Below, one piece after another: positions 26,344-34,748 of a DNA stretch of 37,632 nucleotides (the stretch's first letter is position 1; each line of letters opens with the position of its first letter). The notes under the pieces were generated by a model. It was not told where the DNA came from and did no database searches. It was given only the letters and a program-made list of their open reading frames with translations. This stretch comes from Tubiluchus corallicola (lineage: Eukaryota > Animalia > Priapulida). The stretch lies in contig JAQGDQ010002437.1 in assembly GCA_030141605.1 (NCBI GenBank), positions 1 to 37,632 of the forward strand, in the 5' to 3' direction. A program made the translations under genes and the position numbers.

Positions 26344-27926
26344 CAGCTGTTACTCCTTTCCCTGACTTCACAAGCCAGACCGGCCAGCTCGGTGACAAGG
26401 TTTGTGAGGCCGTTGGTTTTCAGTTCCATGTCGATTCCTGTTTCCCGTATCTCGATGGTTTCCACCAAAAGCTGAATAAGTCGGTTACGTTCGAGGGGAA
26501 ACAGATCCTCCCAGAAGGTTTCCACGCTCTGGAATGCCTCGGAAACATCTCCCTCTGAAATCTGATCGGTATCAATCACCTTCAACCGAGCCGATACGTT
26601 GGTGAGCTGTTTGGTCAGATCGACGGCCTGCTGATTGACCAAGGGCAGTCGGCTGTTCCGGTCGGGATCGTCGTTGTCGGGCGACATCAGCTTCAGGGCT
26701 TCCTGCCTGACGCTTTGCAGAGATTGTCCAAGTTCCTTTTTCTGGACCTCCAGGCGGTGCTGCTCTTCGGCCTCGATCTCTCTGGCGGCAAAGTAGGTCT
26801 TGGCCACCAAGGTCGGCGTTCTGAATACCGCTCCCAGCTGATCAAGCACCACCGACTCGATGTCTCCTGCAGGAACCCGCTTCAAGGGGCATCGACTGAC
26901 GGCACGTTTAGTATCCTTTTCACATATATAATAGGAGTAGCGCCGATCGCCTTTGTTGGTATAGGTGATACCCATGGCGCTGTCGCAGTGGCCGCACCGG
27001 ATCACTCCGCTCAGGGGCGAGACCATTTTCACTCGGGCCTTGCTCATCTTGGTTCGATTGTTTTCCGAGAGCAGCGCCTGAACCTTGTCCCAAGTATTCT
27101 GATCGATCAGGGCTTCATGCTCAGCCGGATAGTTTTTGCCTTTGTAAGCAATCTCTCCGATGTAAAGCCTGTTATTGAGAAGGCGGTAGACCTGAGCCGT
27201 GTTCCATTCAGTACCGACCCGTTCTTTTCCTTTCTTGGTGGTCCATGACTTAGTTTTGTATCCCTGTTCGTTGAGTTCCTGCGCCACCTTTTTGGCTGAT
27301 CCCACCTGCGTGTATCGCCTGAATATGAGTTTTATCAGTGGGGCTTCACTCTGGTTGATCAGCAGCTTTTTGTTTTCACGGTCAACGTCATAACCAAGAA
27401 CCGCAGGTCCGCCGCAGTATTTACCTCGGCGTTTTGCGGCGGCCACCTTGTCCCGGATACGTTCGCCTATGACCTCACGCTCATACTGAGCAAAGGTGAT
27501 CAGGATGCCCAGAAACATGCGGCCTGTCGGATCAGTGGTGCTGAAGTGTTGCGTGACGGATACAAAGCTCACTTCCTTTTCGTTGAAGACCTCGATCATC
27601 TTCATGAAGTCCAGCAGGGAGCGGGACAATCGGTCGATCTTGTACACAACGATGACATCGATCTTACCGGCATCGATATCAGCCAGCAGTCTTTGCAGGG
27701 CCGGACGTTCCATGGTCCCGCCAGAAAATCCGCCATCGTCATAGCGATATGGAATGGCTCTCCAGCCTTGAAGCTTCTGGCTCTCTATATACGCCTCACC
27801 AGCTTCTCTTTGGGCATCGAGTGAATTGAATTCCTGTTCCAAGCCTTCTTCGTGGCTCTTTCTGGTGTAGATCGCACACCTAAGCGTTTTACGTTGACCG
27901 TTCTGTGTATTGGTATTGTTAAGCAT
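26343..27926 (-). CDS. Large serine recombinase (resolvase + recombinase + Zn ribbon)
   Basis: CAIYTRKS, SLDAQ, DDGGFSG, RPALQRL, KIDRLSRS, CGHC...YYIC...C; ATG 27926 with RBS. Confidence 0.93.
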   Translation of the reverse strand: MLNNTNTQNGQRKTLRCAIYTRKSHEEGLEQEFNSLDAQREAGEAYIESQKLQGWRAIPYRYDDGGFSGGTMERPALQRLLADIDAGKIDVIVVYKIDRLSRSLLDFMKMIEVFNEKEVSFVSVTQHFSTTDPTGRMFLGILITFAQYEREVIGERIRDKVAAAKRRGKYCGGPAVLGYDVDRENKKLLINQSEAPLIKLIFRRYTQVGSAKKVAQELNEQGYKTKSWTTKKGKERVGTEWNTAQVYRLLNNRLYIGEIAYKGKNYPAEHEALIDQNTWDKVQALLSENNRTKMSKARVKMVSPLSGVIRCGHCDSAMGITYTNKGDRRYSYYICEKDTKRAVSRCPLKRVPAGDIESVVLDQLGAVFRTPTLVAKTYFAAREIEAEEQHRLEVQKKELGQSLQSVRQEALKLMSPDNDDPDRNSRLPLVNQQAVDLTKQLTNVSARLKVIDTDQISEGDVSEAFQSVETFWEDLFPLERNRLIQLLVETIEIRETGIDMELKTNGLTNLVTELAGLACEVRERSNS

Positions 27927-28425
27927 TCGGACCACCTTCCTTTTTTCTGTAACTGTTCTTCAGGCCGAAAAAGATCTTGCCGTTCCAGCGGGTGCCTGTG
28001 ATTTCCCTCGCTATGGCGCTCAGTGATCTGAAGATGCGGCCGTCGTACTCAAAGCCACTTTCCCGGGCGATCACTTCATAGCGCTTGTCGTTCCAGATCC
28101 GGGCAAACCGGGTGCCCGGCAGGATGGCTTCCTGTGATTTTCGTTCTTCCGGAATCTTGCGGATGACCGTTGCCACCGGATCGGTCTCGGCAACTTTCTT
28201 CAGGTGGGATTTGGCCTGCTCCGACAGGCCGCCGTAAAAGAGCTCCTGAATCCTGTGCGCCAGCCGTTTAACCAGAAACTGCTTCTTGTACTGGGGTGGC
28301 TCGGTTCCATAAAGGTCCAGCCATTTCTCTCTGAGCTGATCAAGGCTCATGTTCTGGAGCGTTGCCAATTGCCTCAACACCGAGGTCTTGGTCGGCTCCG
28401 TTTTTTTGTTTTTCAAGTCATTCAT
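27919..28425 (-). CDS. DUF2924-like protein
   Basis: LREKWLDLYG, LAHRIQELFYGGLS, PGTRFARIW, SLSAIAREITGTRWNG; AAGGAG RBS favours ATG 28425. Confidence 0.82.
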   Translation of the reverse strand: MNDLKNKKTEPTKTSVLRQLATLQNMSLDQLREKWLDLYGTEPPQYKKQFLVKRLAHRIQELFYGGLSEQAKSHLKKVAETDPVATVIRKIPEERKSQEAILPGTRFARIWNDKRYEVIARESGFEYDGRIFRSLSAIAREITGTRWNGKIFFGLKNSYRKKEGGPNA

Positions 28426-28466
28426 TTTCAACTCCTTATATTCGATTACAGGACTCGGTTGTCATG

Positions 28467-28497
28467 AATGACGCTCTTTCCGGAAGAAGAATCAAGT
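28467..28497 (-). promoter_or_regulatory. Recombinase-operon motif ACTTGATT-N14-AGCGTCATT, copy B
   Basis: Reverse complement matches both blocks and spacing of 9772-9802. Confidence 0.6.
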
Positions 28498-28709
28498 CAT
28501 TCTCCGAAGGTTCCGGAAGAATCTGCAACATTCTTTAAGTTGTTGGCATTATTGGCCTTACGATATCGACTCCTGAGTGCGGCAATGGCCAGAATGGCCG
28601 CAATGGCATCCAGCCTCTGCTCCGGGTTAATGCCTTCAGCATCCGGCAATTTGGTGTCGGTCAACTGGTTTGAGTAAGGGTTTTCAGGTGCTAATTCCAC
28701 ATCAAGCAT
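28497..28709 (-). CDS. Small hypothetical protein
   Basis: ATG 28709 with GGAGG RBS; helical PEQRLDAIAAILAIAALR core. Confidence 0.6.
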   Translation of the reverse strand: MLDVELAPENPYSNQLTDTKLPDAEGINPEQRLDAIAAILAIAALRSRYRKANNANNLKNVADSSGTFGE

Positions 28710-28755
28710 AAGGGCCTCCGTTGGGCTGGTGCCGATGAGGGAAGCTGCGGGTGCC

Positions 28756-28805
28756 AAAAACAAAAGGCGGTTGGGATGCGCGTTTTTCAGCACCCACAAC
28801 CGCCT
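28756..28805 (-). terminator. Attenuator-like intrinsic terminator in the leader downstream of motif copy 6
   Basis: Minus strand AGGCGGTTG...CAACCGCCT followed by TTTGTTTTT. Confidence 0.65.
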
Positions 28806-28875
28806 CTGCCTGGCATCCGGCCAATTGTCTGGTTTCTAACTCATGTCCGAAGCGAACCCTCGGAACTTTCGGAGG

Positions 28876-28906
28876 TTACTTACCGGGAGTGATTTCAATC
28901 TGTCGG
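28876..28906 (-). promoter_or_regulatory. Element promoter-like motif copy 6
   Basis: TTACTTACCG-16 nt-GTCGG, back to back with the lexA-like promoter. Confidence 0.72.
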
Positions 28907-28927
28907 AAGTTTTATTTATAAGATTTC

Positions 28928-28956
28928 TTGACCTGATGGATATAAGGTCTTATATT
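28928..28956 (+). promoter_or_regulatory. Sigma70-type promoter of the lexA-like gene with an overlapping palindrome
   Basis: TTGACC-17 bp-TATATT; ATATAAG-GT-CTTATAT inverted repeat at 28940-28955. Confidence 0.65.
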
Positions 28957-29012
28957 TGTGTGTTATTCGGCCCAAACTGGGGCTCTCTGTCTTTTAAAGG
29001 AAGGAGGACGCT

Positions 29013-29636
29013 ATGGGCAGAAACAGAGAAGACGATATTACGCCGTTGCAGCAGGAAACACTTGATGAAATATGCCGGTACGTTTCAGCCAAAGGGTATC
29101 CGCCGACGGTTAAAGAAATGAGCGAAACATTTGGAATCAGTCACGCCAGTGTGCATGACCGGATCAACCAGCTGGTTCGCAAAGGTTATTTGAAAAGAGA
29201 GGAAGGTAAGGCTCGCGGTCTGACCGTGACCAAGCATCCTCAGACAAACGCGGTCGCCCTTGTGGCGGTTCCGATTGTCGGCACGGTTGCAGCCGGTCAT
29301 CCGATTTTCGCTCATGAGAACATCACGGGCGAGGTTCTGGTGGAAGCATCCGTTGTCGGATCAGGTAAGTGCTTTGCCTTGTACACACAGGGTGACAGTA
29401 TGATCGATGCCGGAATAAATGATGGCGACCTGATCATTGTGAGGCGTCAGCCAATTGCCGAGGACGGTGATATCGTTATTGCTCTGCTTGACGATGAAGC
29501 CACGGTCAAAAGGCTGAAAATTGATAATGAGCTCATCGAGCTGGTCCCGGAGAATCCGAGGCTGAAACCGATCAGGGTAAAACCTGAAGATGAATTGAGG
29601 ATTCTCGGCAAAGTGGTGGGCCGTAAACGAATTTGA
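29013..29636 (+). CDS. lexA: LexA-family repressor (element-encoded)
   Basis: YPPTVKEM wHTH, VAAG cleavage site, GDSM catalytic Ser, ATVKR catalytic Lys. Confidence 0.9.
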   Translation: MGRNREDDITPLQQETLDEICRYVSAKGYPPTVKEMSETFGISHASVHDRINQLVRKGYLKREEGKARGLTVTKHPQTNAVALVAVPIVGTVAAGHPIFAHENITGEVLVEASVVGSGKCFALYTQGDSMIDAGINDGDLIIVRRQPIAEDGDIVIALLDDEATVKRLKIDNELIELVPENPRLKPIRVKPEDELRILGKVVGRKRI

Positions 29637-29685
29637 GAGAACACTATGTAAGGACAGCTATAAGCTAAAAAAACAGGAGAAATTA

Positions 29686-30852
29686 ATGGCAACTTTAAAC
29701 CTTCGCCGCTTTTCGAAGCCGGAAATGCTCCGGAAGATCGACCGGAGCCATCTGATCACATTTTTTGAGCCCTACACCGAGTATCTATCCGGGCGAGGGA
29801 TAGAGTTGCCATCGGCAGCCGCAGAAAACGGACTGGACTATACAGTCATGAGTAATGTGCTGCTGAACCCGAACACCAGCACACCGCCAGAGATGTCGGA
29901 AGCGCTCTATTACATTAACGAGATGTCGACTCCTGAAGGATTCGACCTGATACAGGAGGCCATTGCCGACACCGAGATCGATGTCAGCATCTCCGAAGAT
30001 GCCGCTTACGGTGACCTGGCTCTGCAGGTCTGGATGCAGGACCGCAACATCATCGAGCGACTCCATGCCGAGCAGTTCCTTTTCCGCCCGCGCTCATTTG
30101 AGTATTTCAAATGCACCCGTGAAACCATCCCGGATTTTGAAGAGCCGAGCGAGGAAACCATTGCCGCCCTTGAGGCGGATCTGGATGAATGGTTTGCCAA
30201 GAAACGCCGGGGCCGGGCTTCCAAGGTTTTCATCTATGTGAAAGAGGACTATGTCTGGTTCCTTGTCCGCCATGGAGAGCCATTCACCCGGGAGTCGATC
30301 ATCAAGGATGGTGAATCCAAAAGCCTGTTCTATCGGCCGGAAAAATATGACGTGCTCGTTTACAGCCCGGAAAATGGTGAGATCCGGATGAACGCCCGCT
30401 CCAAGGGTGAAAAGGAACTGTACCGTACCAAGTTTGGCCTGCACCTTTTCGGTGACAGCGAGTTTTTCGACGGCAAAAGCAAATTCACACTGGAGCCCAT
30501 ACGGGAGGTAGGTTCGGCGTCCGTCCTCTGTGATGACATTGAAGAAATTAAATGGGTACGCCTGAAGGAGTTCCAGATCTTCCGTGGCGGAACACACAAA
30601 GAGATCGAGATCCGCAAAGCCGAAGATGTCTTTGCTTCATTGGAAGAGCGGGATCGCAGCATCCCCAATGGCGGCCGATTGAGCAAAGCCAGCTTCCAGA
30701 TCAAATTTACCGATTCCAAAACACCACGAACCGTCACACTTAGCTCCGGCAACCGGGCTCAGTTCAAACGGGACGATGATGCTGAAGTTCTGGAAAAATG
30801 GCTGATTCGCCGTGGATTTGTCATTTCCGGCTCAGAGGATAATGGTGAGTGA
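29686..30852 (+). CDS. Hypothetical protein
   Basis: 388 aa; AGGAG RBS; no family recognised. Confidence 0.82.
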   Translation: MATLNLRRFSKPEMLRKIDRSHLITFFEPYTEYLSGRGIELPSAAAENGLDYTVMSNVLLNPNTSTPPEMSEALYYINEMSTPEGFDLIQEAIADTEIDVSISEDAAYGDLALQVWMQDRNIIERLHAEQFLFRPRSFEYFKCTRETIPDFEEPSEETIAALEADLDEWFAKKRRGRASKVFIYVKEDYVWFLVRHGEPFTRESIIKDGESKSLFYRPEKYDVLVYSPENGEIRMNARSKGEKELYRTKFGLHLFGDSEFFDGKSKFTLEPIREVGSASVLCDDIEEIKWVRLKEFQIFRGGTHKEIEIRKAEDVFASLEERDRSIPNGGRLSKASFQIKFTDSKTPRTVTLSSGNRAQFKRDDDAEVLEKWLIRRGFVISGSEDNGE

Positions 30853-31942
30853 AACCCGGCTCTGGCAATTTTTAGAAGAGCACCCGAAGCAGAATGCCCC
30901 GTGGTGTGAGTGGCAGGATGCGTTTGGTGGTTGGGATTCCTTCAACGGATTTGAAAGGAAGTTTCTGCAGCTGACCAGCCAGCGGGCCTTTGCTGTCAAT
31001 TGCCGCACCGACTGTGGACAGGGCTGCCCCAGAAAAGTTGTCGAGCATGCCGCCGATGATATTGCTGCGGTGTGCCCTGAGCAGGAAGAGAAGCCATATA
31101 GTCTGAACAAGCGGGATGTGCTGGTCTATACATTGAACCGGTCATCGTTCCACAAAAGCATCTGTGCCGGGCTTGGAATCACACGAAATGAAAATTCACT
31201 GGACGGCATTCCCGGTGTTTTCCGTCTGGGGGATTACACGCCGACCGCCGGTTTCAATTTTCCGGTTTATCTGACCTTCAAGAATGACCCGGACGAACTT
31301 CTCGAAAGCGTCAGGAATATCAGCCTGCTTGGGCAGGACCCTTATGCGTTGATCATTCCAACCCGCAAACAACTGACACCCCGGACCGAAGACCTGCTGA
31401 GCCGGAGTGGTTCAATATGCATCGTGTTGAGCGAGGATTTTTCCATTCAAGCCAATGGCAGCCTGAAAGCTCTCAGGCCAGCGACCGATGTATTTGCAAC
31501 CTTTCAGGCTGATGTACCTGAACCGGATTCTGGAGCAATGGTCCATTTCGACACACCTGCCGGTATCAATTGGAGCGGTATCACCATCAAGTTTACTGAC
31601 GGCCACACCGTTTCCATCCGCACCACAAAATCACACGGCCAGTACAATTACACCCAGATGGGAATGGCCAACACCAGAAATGGCAACCCGACCATTCCTT
31701 GGGAGCTCCTTAGAGCTTTTGCCGAATCACGCGGCCAGATTGATTGGCAGAGCCAGCATGCACCCTTCAAGGTCAAGGACCAGAAACCGCGCCTGTCAAA
31801 AAAGCTCCGGGAGTTCTTTCGGCTGACAGACGACCCGATTGAATACCTGAAGGAAGAAGGCTGCTATCGTTGCCTTTTCACGATCAAACCCGAGGGGGAT
31901 GACGACTCAACCTATATCAACGAGGATGCGCTCTATGAATAA
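30842..31942 (+). CDS. Hypothetical protein with a Cys cluster and possible C-terminal winged helix
   Basis: Overlaps the upstream stop; CRTDCGQGC...C; C-terminal RLSKKLREFF...GCYRC. Confidence 0.75.
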   Translation: MVSETRLWQFLEEHPKQNAPWCEWQDAFGGWDSFNGFERKFLQLTSQRAFAVNCRTDCGQGCPRKVVEHAADDIAAVCPEQEEKPYSLNKRDVLVYTLNRSSFHKSICAGLGITRNENSLDGIPGVFRLGDYTPTAGFNFPVYLTFKNDPDELLESVRNISLLGQDPYALIIPTRKQLTPRTEDLLSRSGSICIVLSEDFSIQANGSLKALRPATDVFATFQADVPEPDSGAMVHFDTPAGINWSGITIKFTDGHTVSIRTTKSHGQYNYTQMGMANTRNGNPTIPWELLRAFAESRGQIDWQSQHAPFKVKDQKPRLSKKLREFFRLTDDPIEYLKEEGCYRCLFTIKPEGDDDSTYINEDALYE

Positions 31943-32364
31943 AGTCAGACCGTCGGCGGAGCAGGTGTCCATGTATCTGGAGCGGTGGGATTCGTTGGAC
32001 AATTATGTACTTCAGGAGAGCAGCCTCAGAAAACTGTTCGCTGAGACGTATCCCCGAAATGTCGATATGGATGATGTCCTGATCAAGGTCTGCTCTCTGA
32101 ACGACTTTTACAGCACGAACATTTTTTCACCATTTCCCGGAGGACTATCCGATCTATGACAGCTTTGTGGAAAAGATGCTCATGCACTTCAAGCGGGTGG
32201 ATAAATTCTATAGGTTCAAGAAGGACGACCTGAAGCACTATCCGACATACCACGCTATTTTAATGGAGTTCAGCAGGTTCTATGGTTTGGAAGGCTTCAC
32301 CCTCAAAGAGGTCGACAAGTACCTCTGGCAGGCGGGCAAAGAATACTTTCCCAAGCAATACTGA
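31935..32364 (+). pseudogene. Frameshifted or internally deleted gene (NDFYSTNI ... HHFPEDYPIYDS type)
   Basis: First frame reads to ...NDFYSTNIFSPF; from 32128 another frame reads HHFPEDYPIYDSFVEKML...VDKYLWQAGK, continuous with ORF 32167-32364. Confidence 0.68.
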
Positions 32365-32668
32365 CCGCTGGAAATCCGAATAAACATCACTTCCCGAAAC
32401 CTGCGAGAGACTTTTGGTTTGTGGAAACGGGTGGTTTAACCAGACCATTTGAGGTCTTAACACAACCGCAAAATACCGTCATTCGGCTAAATGCTTAATC
32501 TGAAAGGATATCTGTAACAGGACGCGTGTCGGACCCTGTCCGAACAAAACAGAGAATACCGCCCCAAACAGAGAATGAACGTCGGGAGAATGGAGAGAGT
32601 CTGGTGGCTGGAGAGAGGTTCCGGAAAGATGTCAAAACGGCCGAAACCCTTTGAAAACAAGGGGAAAT

Positions 32669-32715
32669 AGACAACCCGTCGTCCCCGGAAGTGGTCCCGG
32701 AGAGACGGGTTGTCT
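32669..32715. terminator. 12-bp inverted repeat just 3' of the tRNA (terminator/att-associated hairpin)
   Basis: AGACAACCCGTC 32669-32680 / GACGGGTTGTCT 32704-32715. Confidence 0.65.
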
Positions 32716-32724
32716 TTTTTCAAA

Positions 32725-32751
32725 TGGTGGAGCCGAGGGGAATCGAACCCC

Positions 32752-32793
<42 letters not shown>

Positions 32794-32800
32794 CGGCCCC
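32725..32800 (-). tRNA. tRNA-Ala(GGC)
   Basis: GGGGCCGTAGCTCAGTTGGGAGAGCGCTACAATGGCATTGTAGAGGTCAGGGGTTCGATTCCCCTCGGCTCCACCA; 76 nt, G3:U70 pair, CCA end. Confidence 0.97.
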
Positions 32801-32882
32801 TTTAAAGGTCAATTTATAGAAAAGCGCGGCTGAACGCAAGGAAAACTTTCTGCTTTTTCATGCTATAAGCTCGCAAGAGGAA

Positions 32883-34175
32883 TCACTGTGTTAATAAAAG
32901 CCGTGGCAGCCAAAGTGAAATAGCCGGAATGTACGTGATGAGCATTAACGCGATAAAAATCGCTCCATAAAATGGCCATATGGTTTTGATCGCCTCTTCG
33001 ATTCGCAGGCGTGCTATCGAGCAGCCGACAAACAGGCAGCCTCCTACTGGTGGTGTTACTAGACCGACGCCTAAATTCATCATCATAATAATGCCAAACT
33101 GCAGTGGATCCATGTCAAATTCACGAACGACAGGAAGGAAAATCGGTGTGCAAATTAAGATTAATCCTGCCATATCCATAATAGATCCTAAAACAAGCAA
33201 GATAATATTAATCAGAAAAAAGATAACATATTTGTTGTCAGAGAGCTGTGTTAGAAAGGAGATGATCATCTCGGGCAGTTGATAAATTGTTAACAGATAG
33301 GCAAACGCTTGTGCTGCCGCGACAAGAATCATGACCATTGCTGTTGTTCTTACCGCGTTGCTGACAGCGACACAAAAGAGCTTAAACGTTAAGCTTCTAT
33401 AGGCGAACATTGTGATAATCACAGCGTAAATAGCGGCGACTGCCGCGGATTCTGTAACCGTAAACAAGCCAGAGATAACCCCGACAAGAATAATAACAGC
33501 TGTCATTAATCCGGGAATTGTTGCCGCAGCGATAAGGAGAGTCGCGCGCCATCCGGGGAAAGTTTCTGCCTTATAACCCCGCCGTACAGCAACGGCCCAT
33601 GCGCAGGTCGCGAGGCATAGGCACATTAAAATACCAGGAAGAATGCCGGCAAAAAAAAGATTAACAATTGATATTCCGCCTCCTGCCGCGACAGCGTAGA
33701 GAATCATATTATGGCTGGGGGGGATCACAACACCGGCAACAGATGAGGTGACTGTAACATTAACGGAATAATCATCGTCATAGCCTTTTTTGCGCATCAT
33801 TGGAATCATGATTGATCCGAGCGCTGATGTATCTGCGACGGCGGATCCGGAAATGCCTCCAAATAGCATGCTTGCTAACACATTAACAACGCCAAGACCT
33901 CCTCGGATCCAGCCCACAAGGCAGGTTGCCAGTTGAACTAAACGTTCGGCGATACGGCCATGGAGCATGATTTCGCCGGCAAAAATAAAAAAAGGAATAG
34001 CTAAAAGAGAGAAGATCTGCATTCCATCTGTCATTCGCTGAACGACCAGCCAGATCGGATTATAGTCGTAAATCAATGTTACCGCTGTGGCGGAAGCCAG
34101 CGCGAAAGCAATAGGCATTCCCATAAACAGTAAAACAAGAAAACTACCGAATAAAATAACGAGACCCCACTCCAT
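32883..34175 (-). CDS. dctM: TRAP transporter large permease
   Basis: LLAIPFFIFAG, FGGISGSAVAD, IPPSH, TPPVG motifs. Confidence 0.95.
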   Translation of the reverse strand: MEWGLVILFGSFLVLLFMGMPIAFALASATAVTLIYDYNPIWLVVQRMTDGMQIFSLLAIPFFIFAGEIMLHGRIAERLVQLATCLVGWIRGGLGVVNVLASMLFGGISGSAVADTSALGSIMIPMMRKKGYDDDYSVNVTVTSSVAGVVIPPSHNMILYAVAAGGGISIVNLFFAGILPGILMCLCLATCAWAVAVRRGYKAETFPGWRATLLIAAATIPGLMTAVIILVGVISGLFTVTESAAVAAIYAVIITMFAYRSLTFKLFCVAVSNAVRTTAMVMILVAAAQAFAYLLTIYQLPEMIISFLTQLSDNKYVIFFLINIILLVLGSIMDMAGLILICTPIFLPVVREFDMDPLQFGIIMMMNLGVGLVTPPVGGCLFVGCSIARLRIEEAIKTIWPFYGAIFIALMLITYIPAISLWLPRLLLTQ

Positions 34176-34178
34176 AAT

Positions 34179-34688
34179 TTAGCCTTTTTTCTTAAATGTA
34201 TTTTTAATATCAATAACGAGGTAAATACTGCGTTCAATTTCAAATAAAGTGAGTAGAATACCAGCTGAAAACGCAGGAATATAAATAATGCCACGAGGTG
34301 TTTTCAAAAGAGAGTGTTTAATGGACCATGTTTGCGTGATGGCGTCCCAGCCTCCTTTAGCGAGAAGAACGCCAAAGCTCAATAGGCACAGCACGACCAT
34401 AAGTTCGATAATCAACTGGCAAACAAGGGGTAGACGCAGAACAAAAAAGTTAATACCGAGATGGAATTTCTCACGAATACCGACAGCGGCGCCGGGAAAA
34501 GCCACACAGACAAGAAGCAGCAAGGCGACGCTTTCCGTCCATGTCGGTGGGTTATTCAGAGCGTAACGTCCCCAAAATTGCCAGCCCGCGACGACAATAA
34601 CGCCAACAAGGCAGGCACTACAAAACACAATCACAAATCGACAAAGCCAATCCATGCACCAGGACCAAAAACGTAAAGCTGCCATCAT
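34179..34688 (-). CDS. dctQ: TRAP transporter small permease (start uncertain)
   Basis: Four hydrophobic segments; RYALNNPPTWTES and FHLGI motifs; lies between dctP and dctM. Confidence 0.88.
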   Translation of the reverse strand: MMAALRFWSWCMDWLCRFVIVFCSACLVGVIVVAGWQFWGRYALNNPPTWTESVALLLLVCVAFPGAAVGIREKFHLGINFFVLRLPLVCQLIIELMVVLCLLSFGVLLAKGGWDAITQTWSIKHSLLKTPRGIIYIPAFSAGILLTLFEIERSIYLVIDIKNTFKKKG

Positions 34689-34748
34689 AAGAAACACGAC
34701 TTTCACAAGCTTATTAAATATTAGTATCAAGCAATATCTTTAGGAATA

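Larger units (their letters stand above)
1..32724. mobile_element. Prophage-like integrative element inserted at the 3' end of tRNA-Ala; left end lies outside the window
   Basis: Terminase, portal, minor head protein, primase-helicase, recombinases and a LexA-like repressor in one block. It ends at the tRNA 3' end, and composition shifts visibly to AT-richer housekeeping genes beyond the tRNA. Confidence 0.88.

Noticed and set aside
29013-29636. Host SOS master regulator lexA
   Set aside because: It lies inside the element, divergent from element genes, so it is more likely the element's own repressor.
32500-32535. Seventh copy of the sigma motif (GTGTCGGA)
   Set aside because: The TTACTTACCG block is absent 16 nt upstream.
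32651-32833. 60-aa ORF
   Set aside because: Antisense translation of the tRNA-Ala gene and its hairpin.
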